DNA from: Planctomycetota bacterium | Lineage (GTDB): Bacteria > Planctomycetota > UBA8108 > SXIK01 | Direction of reading: 5' to 3' | NCBI GenBank assembly: GCA_965223845.1 | Contig: CBDCXR010000004.1 | Span: 1,504,001-1,568,000 of the forward strand | Length of the DNA stretch: 64,000 bases | Translations under genes and position numbers: made by a program | Notes under the pieces: model-generated | Database searches by the model: none | Seen by the model: only the letters and a program-made list of their open reading frames with translations | What the model was told of the DNA's origin: nothing | Shown: positions 10,714 to 18,940 of the stretch, piece by piece | Numbering within the stretch: the first letter of the stretch is position 1 | Layout: every line of letters begins with the position of its first letter

Positions 10714-10895
10714 GCATCGAGTCGCGACTCGCCTCCGCGGGCCGAGGAGACCGCGGGGATCCGGACGGGAAATCGGGCGAAATCCGGAGCGGTTTTCCGC
10801 GCGCGGCACCGTCGGGGGCGCTGCTAAGATTACGGTTTGAGATGGTCGAGTTTCGAGGTCGACGCCGGATACCTCGCCAGTGAGGAGCCCAACGC

Positions 10896-12932
10896 TTGAA
10901 GATGCTATTTCTCTCCATCGATTCGCGCGCGAAAACCACTCCGCCGTGTAAACCCTGTCACCGAACGGCCGGCACGGGGCGGAGCGTCGTTCTCGCCTGC
11001 AGACGCGGCGCGAGAGCGACGACCCTCGTCGTCCTCGCCCTCACGTTTCTCGCGCCCTCGGTTCTGGCGGACGATCTCAAAGAATCGCTTCTAGCCGCGA
11101 AGTCCGCGGTCGCCGCCAACGATCCGCCGGCGCTTCAGGAAGCCTGCCTCGCTCTCGCGCGCATCGGTGGGCGAACCGCGGTGGACGGGCTGCTCGAGCT
11201 CGTTCCGCGAGCGGCGGGAGTCGACGACGCGCTCTACTGGACGCTCCTCAGCGGTGTCGTCGCCTTTCGCGATCGAGCCGCGTTGGCGACACTCGGTCAA
11301 TACCTCGAGAAACACAATCGTAAGCCGATCGCACGCGACTTACTGCTCGTCCTCTCACGGAACTCATCGCGCGATCTCGCGACGACCTTGCGGGCGATCG
11401 CGCTCGACGGCCCCGAGGATCTGCGGCTTCTCGCCGTGCGGAAGATCGGACGCATCGTCGGCCACGCGTCTGTCGACGCGCTGATCGCCGTGCTCGAAGG
11501 CGAGGAGAAAGGAAAGCCCGAACGACCGACGGCGCTGATGTGGGCGGCGACGCGCGGACTCACGACGATCACGGGGAAGAACTTCGGTCCGACCTCGGTC
11601 AACTGGAAAGGTTGGTGGGCGAAGAATCGAAAGAAGCCTCTCCGGCGGGCGGAGGACGACGATGAAGTCGTCCGCTCGACCGGGACGGCGGTCGATTACC
11701 TCGTCGCGGATCCGGCGCGAAACGAGATCTTTCTCGGACTCGAGAAGGCGCCGCCGCAGGAAGTCATCGTCCTCAGCGCAGAGTACACGAGGAAGACCCA
11801 GCGCGACCTCAACAACGACCACATGGAGGAAGTGCTCGAGCAGATGGGCGTTCCGCACATGGTCGTGCGGCGCGAGGATTTCCTCAAGTTCGACCTCTCC
11901 GCCACGAGCGTCATCCTCATCAACTGCGCGCAGTTCCACAAGTTCTGCATCTGCCCCGACTGCCGGCCCGGCGGAGCACAGAACAATCGCCTCTTTCAGT
12001 GCACCGGCTGCAACAAGCACACGACGTTCTCGGCGAAGCTCGGCGGCCCCGAGCTGAAGAAGCTCCAAAAGTTCGTGAAAGGCGGGGGGTATCTCTTCTG
12101 CGAAGACTGGACGGTGAAAGAGGTCGTCGGCGCCGCGTTTCCGAAGTTTGTCGCTGCCGGCAAGAAGCTGCGCCAGGGGAAGGTCGAGGTTCTTCCCGCG
12201 CGCGGGAAGGGCGGACATCCTTATCTCCACGGGATCTTCGAGGCTCCGGACGACGACGACGATGCGCTCGATCCCAGCGAGTTTCTCGCAGACGACGACG
12301 ATGACGACGACGAGAGTTCGAGTCGCACGATCGTCGTCGGCGGCGATGAAGACGATCCGGATCTCCGGGAACCTCCGGAGGCGATCGATATCCGGCACCG
12401 CTGGTCGATCGACGACGAGAGCTACGCGCTCGTCGTCTCCGATCGGCGACGAGTCGTTCCGCTCCTGACGAGCAAGCAATTGAAGGAGGTGGCCGACGGC
12501 AACAGTGCCGTTGCGGTCGCCTTCCGACCGGGAAGTCCGCGCCATCCGAAGCCCGGCGAGCCCGGTCCGACTGCCGGCGCGCCGGGAGTCGTCACCGTCA
12601 TCCTCAGTCACTTCGGGAAACAGGAGACGACGGCGGACGAGCATTCGCTCCAGAACCTGCTCCTCAACGTTCTCCTCGATGCTTATCAGTCGCAGCCGAA
12701 GAAACGGCAGCTCCTTCGCGAGAAGCTCAAGAAGGAGATCGCGGCGAAGAAAAAAGCCGAGCGGGACGCCAAGCGAAAGCGCGCAAGGGACAAGAAACGT
12801 TCGCGATCGAAGGATCGAGACGATTCGAAGTCGCGGTCGAGATCGAAAGATCGGGACGACCGCGAATCGAAGTCGAAATCAAAGTCGCGCTCGAAATCTA
12901 AGTCGAAAGAGCGGAAAGACGACGGGGCCTAG
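10896..12932 (+). CDS. hypothetical protein: HEAT-like repeats, GATase-like domain with Cys cluster, acidic tract, basic RS/SK tail
   Basis: Long ORF with coding-like composition; HEAT-like AVRKIGRIVGHASVDALIAVL and ATRGLTTITGKNFG...WKGWW; FVKGGGYLFCEDW; start position uncertain. Confidence 0.7.
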   Translation: MKMLFLSIDSRAKTTPPCKPCHRTAGTGRSVVLACRRGARATTLVVLALTFLAPSVLADDLKESLLAAKSAVAANDPPALQEACLALARIGGRTAVDGLLELVPRAAGVDDALYWTLLSGVVAFRDRAALATLGQYLEKHNRKPIARDLLLVLSRNSSRDLATTLRAIALDGPEDLRLLAVRKIGRIVGHASVDALIAVLEGEEKGKPERPTALMWAATRGLTTITGKNFGPTSVNWKGWWAKNRKKPLRRAEDDDEVVRSTGTAVDYLVADPARNEIFLGLEKAPPQEVIVLSAEYTRKTQRDLNNDHMEEVLEQMGVPHMVVRREDFLKFDLSATSVILINCAQFHKFCICPDCRPGGAQNNRLFQCTGCNKHTTFSAKLGGPELKKLQKFVKGGGYLFCEDWTVKEVVGAAFPKFVAAGKKLRQGKVEVLPARGKGGHPYLHGIFEAPDDDDDALDPSEFLADDDDDDDESSSRTIVVGGDEDDPDLREPPEAIDIRHRWSIDDESYALVVSDRRRVVPLLTSKQLKEVADGNSAVAVAFRPGSPRHPKPGEPGPTAGAPGVVTVILSHFGKQETTADEHSLQNLLLNVLLDAYQSQPKKRQLLREKLKKEIAAKKKAERDAKRKRARDKKRSRSKDRDDSKSRSRSKDRDDRESKSKSKSRSKSKSKERKDDGA

Positions 12933-12945
12933 CCGAAGGCGGAGT

Positions 12946-12976
12946 CCCGTTTCACAGCCGCGCGCGGCTCAACGGG
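12946..12976. terminator. possible hairpin between convergent genes
   Basis: Outer CCCGTT/AACGGG arms around an inner AGCCGC/GCGGCT pairing; no U-tract. Confidence 0.3.
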
Positions 12977-12993
12977 CGGCTTCGATCTGGCGC

Positions 12994-14298
12994 TTATTCA
13001 CCGTCGAACGGCGCACCGTCGTAGAGGGTCGTGCTCGTTCCGTCAGGGTCGAGGATCTCGATCCGGCCGCCGGTGAAGCGTGCGGTGACGGGCGTGCCAC
13101 GTCCGGCGCGGAGCGAGGCGAGATTTCGCGTTGCGACTTCAGCGGCGGCTTCGAGGATGGCGACGGAGACGCGCGAAGACTCGGCGTCCGGATACGTGCC
13201 GCGAAGCTCGTCGCGTCGGGCCCACCCGAGTCGCACCTCCATCGCCCGCTCGACGATCGCGACGATCGAGTCTTTGCCGTAACCATTGTACGCCGCGCCG
13301 TCGCCGCTCGGGCGCGGGATATCGCGAGTGAAGTGCGGATTGAACGTCTTCGTCCCCACATCGGTGATGACCGCGCGGAGACCGCGGTCCTGCTGATCGA
13401 ACTCGACCTTGCCCCGCGTTCCCGTGAGCTCCATCTCCTGGTTGACGGCGCCTTCGAACTCTTTCGGATTGATCCAGTGATTCACGTAGTCGACGCGGAG
13501 ACCGCTCGCATAGTCTACGGCGACCTGCATCGCGTCGAAGGTTCGAATGGGACTGGTGCCTCCTTCACGGTCCCAGTTCGCGAGGAGCTCCTGTTGGCCG
13601 ACGGCGTGGAGCGAGACCGGAGTCGCCCGGAGATAGTGTCCGAAGAGATCCACCCAGTGAACGCCGACGTAGCTGAACGGATTCGAGGTCGCCGCCCAGC
13701 GGAAGATCTCGGTCGAGACCTCGAGCGGCTCTTCGAGTACCGCTCGCCCGTAGAGAGGTGTTCCTAGCGAGGAGAGTAGCGTTTCGAAGATGAACCGGTG
13801 ACAGGGGTCGTAGCGCTTGTGCATGTCGACCCCGACGACGAGGTTTCGGTCCCGCGCTTCGCGGAGAATCTCGTCTGTCTCTTCGACGCGAAGCGTGAGA
13901 GGCTTTTCGACGACGCAGTGGGCCCCGGCGCGGAGCGCGTGGATGGTCGGCGCATGGTGGAGCGAATCGGGCGTGGCGATGAACGCGAGATCGATGTCGT
14001 TCCGGGCGAACACGTCGACCCAGGGTGTCTCGCCGGAGTACGCGATCGGCCGTGCGCTCGGAAGAGCCGTGCGATAGCGCGCGACGAGTCTCTCGGCGCT
14101 CGCCGAAGTGCGCGTCGCGATCGCTACGAGCGAAAACTCGAGAGGCGCGAGTCGGCGCGCCCGGTCGTCGAGTCCCACGCGACCGAGATAGGGCGCGAGG
14201 CCGCAGCGCTCGAGATCCTCTATGGTGCGGAGAACGACATCGCCCCCGAACATTCCGCCGCCGATGAGAGCCATGCGGATCGGCTTGGGTGAGTTCAT
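12994..14298 (-). CDS. Gfo/Idh/MocA family oxidoreductase
   Basis: IGGGMFG Rossmann motif; IATPDSLH; VEKP; HKRYDP; GVHWVD; start taken as ATG 14298. Confidence 0.88.
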   Translation of the reverse strand: MNSPKPIRMALIGGGMFGGDVVLRTIEDLERCGLAPYLGRVGLDDRARRLAPLEFSLVAIATRTSASAERLVARYRTALPSARPIAYSGETPWVDVFARNDIDLAFIATPDSLHHAPTIHALRAGAHCVVEKPLTLRVEETDEILREARDRNLVVGVDMHKRYDPCHRFIFETLLSSLGTPLYGRAVLEEPLEVSTEIFRWAATSNPFSYVGVHWVDLFGHYLRATPVSLHAVGQQELLANWDREGGTSPIRTFDAMQVAVDYASGLRVDYVNHWINPKEFEGAVNQEMELTGTRGKVEFDQQDRGLRAVITDVGTKTFNPHFTRDIPRPSGDGAAYNGYGKDSIVAIVERAMEVRLGWARRDELRGTYPDAESSRVSVAILEAAAEVATRNLASLRAGRGTPVTARFTGGRIEILDPDGTSTTLYDGAPFDGE

Positions 14299-14526
14299 GG
14301 GATCGAGTTTAGACCTGGACCGCATCGGAAGGGAAGGGGCTTGAATGTCTCGACGACGCGGCGAGAATACGTTCGCGCGGCGCACGCAACTCGTCCCCGG
14401 GACCGCGGATCCGAAGGCCGTTCCAACGGCCGCCCTCGCGGCGATCCGGAGCCGAACGCTAACCAGTCAACCCGCGACCCGCGCGGAATCGAACTCATCC
14501 CAACTCCCCGAGAAGGAGACACCGTT

Positions 14527-15027
14527 ATGAGAATCGCACGCTGGGAGTCCAAGGCAGGTCGCGCGGCATCGCTCGCGCTCGTGGGTCTGGCCGTCATCGG
14601 GTTGTTCGCAGTTTCCGCGGGGGGCTTAGTCGGCGCCGGTGGATCGGCGGGCTCGGTCGCCGCAGCGGACGACGACGAGAAGAAGGAAGGCGAGCACAAG
14701 CGCGGGCGCTACAAGATGGTGGCGGACCTTCACGTCCTCATGGAGCACGTCGACGACCTCTTTTACGGGATCGAAGACCTCGTCGAGGAGAAGAAGTTCA
14801 AGAAAGCGCGCGGCAGCGCGCTCGTCGTCGCGGAGATTCTGAACGTCAGTCGCCACAGCGAGGAGTTCGCGAAGGAAAAAGCTTGGGACTCGCTGTGTGT
14901 GAAGGGGACCGCGGATCTCCTCGAAATGTCGAAGGCGGCGAAGAAGAAAGACGCCGAGGCCGTGACGAAGCTCTTCAAGTCGGCGGAAGCTACCTGCGAC
15001 GCGTGTCACGAAAAGTTCCGCGACTGA
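14527..15027 (+). CDS. exported class II (four-helix, c'/c556-like) cytochrome c
   Basis: AAGGAG upstream of ATG 14527; signal peptide; helical body; single C-terminal CDACH heme motif followed by EKFR. Confidence 0.8.
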   Translation: MRIARWESKAGRAASLALVGLAVIGLFAVSAGGLVGAGGSAGSVAAADDDEKKEGEHKRGRYKMVADLHVLMEHVDDLFYGIEDLVEEKKFKKARGSALVVAEILNVSRHSEEFAKEKAWDSLCVKGTADLLEMSKAAKKKDAEAVTKLFKSAEATCDACHEKFRD

Positions 15028-15171
15028 GTGGCTTCTCGGTCGGGTGGATTGGCGGTCGTCGTCGACTTGGTGTCGGCGCGAACGCAGAGTTCACCGCGGG
15101 GACGAGCGGTCCTCGCGGTGAACTCTTAGCCGGAATCGAAGAACGAGCGTCCATCGCGGCTCGAGACGGAG

Positions 15172-16008
15172 GTGAGCATGGGGATGTCGATCGGCGTGTG
15201 CAGTTGGTCGCTCCAGGTGGGAAGCGTCCCGGAGCTCGTCCGTCTGCTCGATCGAGTCGGAGCGAGCGTCGCGCAAGTTGCGCTCGGTGATCCGAATCAC
15301 GCGAGCTGGGAGGAGGGGGCGACGGGCGTGCTCGACGCGCTCAAGCAGAGCGACATCTCGATCTCGGCGACGATGATCGGCTATCCCGGCGAGGACTACA
15401 CCACGCCCGCTACGATTCAGGCGACCGGCGGGTTTGGCGATCCGTCGACTCGTGCGGAGTGCCTCGAAATCTTTCGGGACGCGGTTGCCCGCACCGCAAA
15501 GCTCGGCGTCTCGAGTCTCGTCAGTCACGCGGGGTTCATTCCGGCGCCCGGTGATCCGGCCCGGTCGAGCTTCCTCGACTGCATCGGAAGCGCCGCGCAG
15601 ATCGCGGCGGAGCAGGGCGTCGCGTTCCATATGGAAACGGGTCAGGAGACCGCGCAGCTCCTCAAGACGACTCTCGATGAGCTGCAGAGCCCGAGCCTTC
15701 GCGTGAATTTCGATCCCGCCAACATGATTCTCTACGACATGGGGAATCCGATCGAAGCCATCGACACCCTTGCCGACGCGATCGCGAGCGTGCATGTGAA
15801 GGATGCTCGTCCCCCGAAAGAGAAGGGGGCCTGGGGCGAGGAAGTTCCGCTCGGCGAGGGTGACGTCGGGATTCCCGAGTTCGTCGCGGCGCTCGAAAGA
15901 ATCGGCTTCGACGGCCCTCTCATCGTAGAGCGCGAAGTCGGGAGCCAGGAAGAGCGCGTGCGAGACATCCGGGCGGGAATCGAGCTCTTGCGATCGATCG
16001 CCGGTTGA
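15172..16008 (+). CDS. sugar phosphate isomerase/epimerase (xylose isomerase-like TIM barrel)
   Basis: METGQE; VNFDPAN; VHVKD; EVPLGEGDV; LIVERE; GGAGG upstream favours ATG 15178. Confidence 0.88.
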   Translation: MSMGMSIGVCSWSLQVGSVPELVRLLDRVGASVAQVALGDPNHASWEEGATGVLDALKQSDISISATMIGYPGEDYTTPATIQATGGFGDPSTRAECLEIFRDAVARTAKLGVSSLVSHAGFIPAPGDPARSSFLDCIGSAAQIAAEQGVAFHMETGQETAQLLKTTLDELQSPSLRVNFDPANMILYDMGNPIEAIDTLADAIASVHVKDARPPKEKGAWGEEVPLGEGDVGIPEFVAALERIGFDGPLIVEREVGSQEERVRDIRAGIELLRSIAG

Positions 16009-16051
16009 GCTCGCGATCGTCGGAGAGCTGGTGCGGGGGAGGAGTGAAGGC

Positions 16052-17419
16052 TTGACGGCGAGAAAGAAGAGTGACGGCGGAGCCGAAAAGCTCTCGCAGT
16101 ATCTTCGTCTCGACGCCGTGCTCGTGGATCTGGTCGTCGACTCGAAGGAGGACCTCTACGCGGCGCTCGCTGAGGTCGCCGTGGAGAACGCGGACGAAGA
16201 GACCGTGGAGGCCATCCGCGAAGGAATCGTCGAGCGTGAGGCGTCCGTGACGACGTACGTCGGCGATGGCGTCGCCATCCCCGTCGCTCGCGTGGAGGGG
16301 GTAGAGCGAGTCGCGCTCGCGCTCGCGACGAACTCCGAGGGCTTCCCTTTCGGTCTGGAAACCGATCAACCGGTTTGCATCGCCGTCCTCGTGGTGGGGA
16401 ACGATGACCCGCAGAGTGATCTCGTCCAGATCCTCAGTTCCGTCGCGGCGGCGCTCAAGGACGCGAACGTCCGCGCAAGGATCCTCTCGAGCGCCGACGC
16501 GGCCGCGATGCGACGCTGCCTCGACGCGGCGCCGCGGCGAGCTCGACGAAAGAAGACCCACCGACTCACCCAGCTCCTCCTCAGCCATTCGCGAAAGATC
16601 GCGCTCGAGATGGGAGCGACCGCCGTCGTCATCGCGGTCGAAAGTCTCGACGAGCTCAAGGTGATCCGGCGGCTTCCGCGACGCGACAAGTTCATCGTGG
16701 CGACTTCTTCGCGCGAGATCGCGGCTTCAGCGGAAGATGTCGTGAAACGCGTCTTGCTCCTTCCGAAAGTGTCTCTTCGCCGCGACGCGCGCGTGCGTCT
16801 CACCGCACTCATGGCGATCGCCCACGGCCTCATAGCGCGCGGCGACGTCGTCGCCTTTCTCTCGGGACGAGAGGGCGGGAGCCTCGATTCCATGACGATC
16901 ATGGAAATCAGCCGCGAGTTCGGGCGCTTCGCCGCCGCATCGGGAGCGCTCTCGACGGGCATGCGCCCCGAGATCTTCGAACGCGTGATCACTCTCGCGA
17001 CCGATATCGCACGCGAGGGGCGCGAAGGGCAGCGACTCGGTGCGACCTTCATCATCGGCGACCCGGAGGAGCTCGACGAGTGGTGCCAGCAGATGGTGAT
17101 GAACCCCTTTCGCGGCTACCCCGAAGAGGAAAGAAACATCCTCGATCCGACCCTCGAAGAGACGATCAAGGAGTTCGCTACGATCGACGGCGCGTTCGTC
17201 ATCAGTACGGCGGGAGTGCTCTCGTCCGCGGGAACCTATCTCAAGGCGCCGAAGGACGTCGATCTTCCCGGCGGGTACGGCTCTCGACATCGGAGCGCGT
17301 GTGGGCTGACGGGTGTCGCCCCCTGTATCGCGGTCACCGTGTCCCAGTCGACAGGCGAGGTCAACGTCTACCATCGCGGTGAGACGGTTCTTCAGCTCGC
17401 CGAGCATGTTCCGCGCTAG
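16052..17419 (+). CDS. diadenylate cyclase, DacZ-type, with N-terminal PTS EIIA-like and PK_C-like domains
   Basis: DAC motifs IDGA (17186) and SRHRSA (17285); EGREGQRLGATFIIGD; NPFRGY; AVTVSQSTGEV; N-terminal EREASVTTYVGDGVAIP; TTG 16052 with AGGAG upstream. Confidence 0.88.
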   Translation: MTARKKSDGGAEKLSQYLRLDAVLVDLVVDSKEDLYAALAEVAVENADEETVEAIREGIVEREASVTTYVGDGVAIPVARVEGVERVALALATNSEGFPFGLETDQPVCIAVLVVGNDDPQSDLVQILSSVAAALKDANVRARILSSADAAAMRRCLDAAPRRARRKKTHRLTQLLLSHSRKIALEMGATAVVIAVESLDELKVIRRLPRRDKFIVATSSREIAASAEDVVKRVLLLPKVSLRRDARVRLTALMAIAHGLIARGDVVAFLSGREGGSLDSMTIMEISREFGRFAAASGALSTGMRPEIFERVITLATDIAREGREGQRLGATFIIGDPEELDEWCQQMVMNPFRGYPEEERNILDPTLEETIKEFATIDGAFVISTAGVLSSAGTYLKAPKDVDLPGGYGSRHRSACGLTGVAPCIAVTVSQSTGEVNVYHRGETVLQLAEHVPR

Positions 17420-17440
17420 TCTAGCCCGATCGGCTCGAAC

Positions 17441-18211
17441 ATGGCAGATCGACTCTTTCAGCACATCGAGCGTCTCCACGGCTCCCCCGATTGGGGACGG
17501 GTCCTCGACGCGGGGACCGGCCGTCATTCGCTCGAGTGGATCGCCGGGCTCCGCACGTCGGGCTGGACGGCCGTAACCGGTGATTCCGCGCGTGCGGAGA
17601 AGCTGCAGCGTCGCTGGCGAAAAACGATGCGTTCGGTCGATCGCATCGTCGCCGGAAACTGGATCGATCCTGCGTTTCTGCACGGCGAGACGTACGACGT
17701 CGTTCTTGCGGATTATCTCCTCGGCGCGATCGATGGATTCGCGCCGTACTTTCAGTCGCAGCTCTTTCGCCGACTGCGTCCGCACGTCGGTCGCGAGCTC
17801 TACGTCGTCGGTCTGGAGCCGTACGAGATGCTTGCCGACTCCGCCGCCGGGTCGATCGTTCGCGAGATCGCCCGGCTCCGCGATGCGTCGATCCTCCTCG
17901 CGGGCGATCGGTGCTACCGCGAGTATCCGCGCGATTGGACGGTCGCACGCATCGAGGAGGCGGGGTATGCCGTGGAGGACGTCACCTCGTTCGCGATTCG
18001 CTACGGCGAGGAGTTCGTCGAAGGGCAGCTTCGAGTCTGCGAGAGCAAGCTCGATCGCATCGGCAGCCGCAGCCTCGCGCGGGGACTCCGCGACCGCATC
18101 GCGGATGTGCGGAGCCGCGCGCTCGGGTACGCGCGCGCGCACGGCGGAATCCACTTCGGCGAGGACTACGTCATCTACGCCCGGCGAACCCCCGCGAGCG
18201 AAACGGATTGA
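17441..18211 (+). CDS. class I SAM-dependent methyltransferase
   Basis: Motif I VLDAGTG; YDVVLADYLLGAIDGFAPY. Confidence 0.75.
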   Translation: MADRLFQHIERLHGSPDWGRVLDAGTGRHSLEWIAGLRTSGWTAVTGDSARAEKLQRRWRKTMRSVDRIVAGNWIDPAFLHGETYDVVLADYLLGAIDGFAPYFQSQLFRRLRPHVGRELYVVGLEPYEMLADSAAGSIVREIARLRDASILLAGDRCYREYPRDWTVARIEEAGYAVEDVTSFAIRYGEEFVEGQLRVCESKLDRIGSRSLARGLRDRIADVRSRALGYARAHGGIHFGEDYVIYARRTPASETD

Positions 18212-18331
18212 AGCGGGAACCGTTACCGGAACGAACCCAGGGAAAACCGCTGGCGAGACGGAGCGCGGCTGGCACAATGTCGCCTCGACTCCGATGAGAA
18301 GTCGTTCGAGAAGTGAAAGGAAGGTCTCGCC

Positions 18332-18925
18332 ATGCTCAGTGCTCCTCCAAAGGACCCGATTCGGTCGGAGGGCGGCCCTCTCCGCCGGCCTCGTCGAGCG
18401 TCTTCGACGGTCCATCTAGAATCGCCTGCGGCTCACGGCGCGACGCGAATCGAGCGGACTCGAGCTCCGACTTCGCATCAATTCCTCGTCGTCTTTCTCG
18501 CTCTCGTGACGCTCGTCGCCGGTTCTGGTTGCTCGACGTTCCGTCCGGCTGCTCAACGTGGTGTCGAGTACATGGAGAATCCCGAGCGCTCCGTGGTGAC
18601 TCGAGTGAGCGGGGGACTCGGGGGTCTCGTCGGCGTCGCGATCTCGACGCCGTTCACGATCCTCCTCTTCCCGACGTACTTCTTCGACGCCCACGCTCGC
18701 GGGATACGCGAGCCGAGCGCCTCCGAGGAGGCCTCGGCGCCGGGCGACCACCTCGTCCCGCTCTGTCTCGCGCCGTCGGAGTACCTTCGCGGAATCGGGG
18801 CCGCGGTGATCGGGGCGCCATCGGCGTGGATCGAGTCCGCGTTCGTCGACGATCCACAGCGGCCGCGCGAGTGGGTGGAAGAGGTTCCCGAAGACGACGA
18901 TTTTCCGGTCTCGCCGGGAGATTGA
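18332..18925 (+). CDS. hypothetical lipoprotein / membrane protein
   Basis: AAGGAAGG before ATG; hydrophobic stretch ending in lipobox-like VAGSGC; Gly-rich hydrophobic segments; acidic C-terminus. Confidence 0.55.
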   Translation: MLSAPPKDPIRSEGGPLRRPRRASSTVHLESPAAHGATRIERTRAPTSHQFLVVFLALVTLVAGSGCSTFRPAAQRGVEYMENPERSVVTRVSGGLGGLVGVAISTPFTILLFPTYFFDAHARGIREPSASEEASAPGDHLVPLCLAPSEYLRGIGAAVIGAPSAWIESAFVDDPQRPREWVEEVPEDDDFPVSPGD

Positions 18926-18940
18926 ACGAACCGAACCGGT

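Noticed and set aside
18216-18228. 13-mer GGAACCGTTACCG, also found in the intergenic region at 52162-52174
   Set aside because: Only two copies; one 13-mer match is plausible by chance, and only the second copy has an ECF-like GTT at 17 nt.
18270-18285. TGGCAC sigma54-like -24 element (also at 34040)
   Set aside because: No GC at the required 10-nt spacing. I found no convincing sigma54 promoter by eye; a PWM scan is needed.
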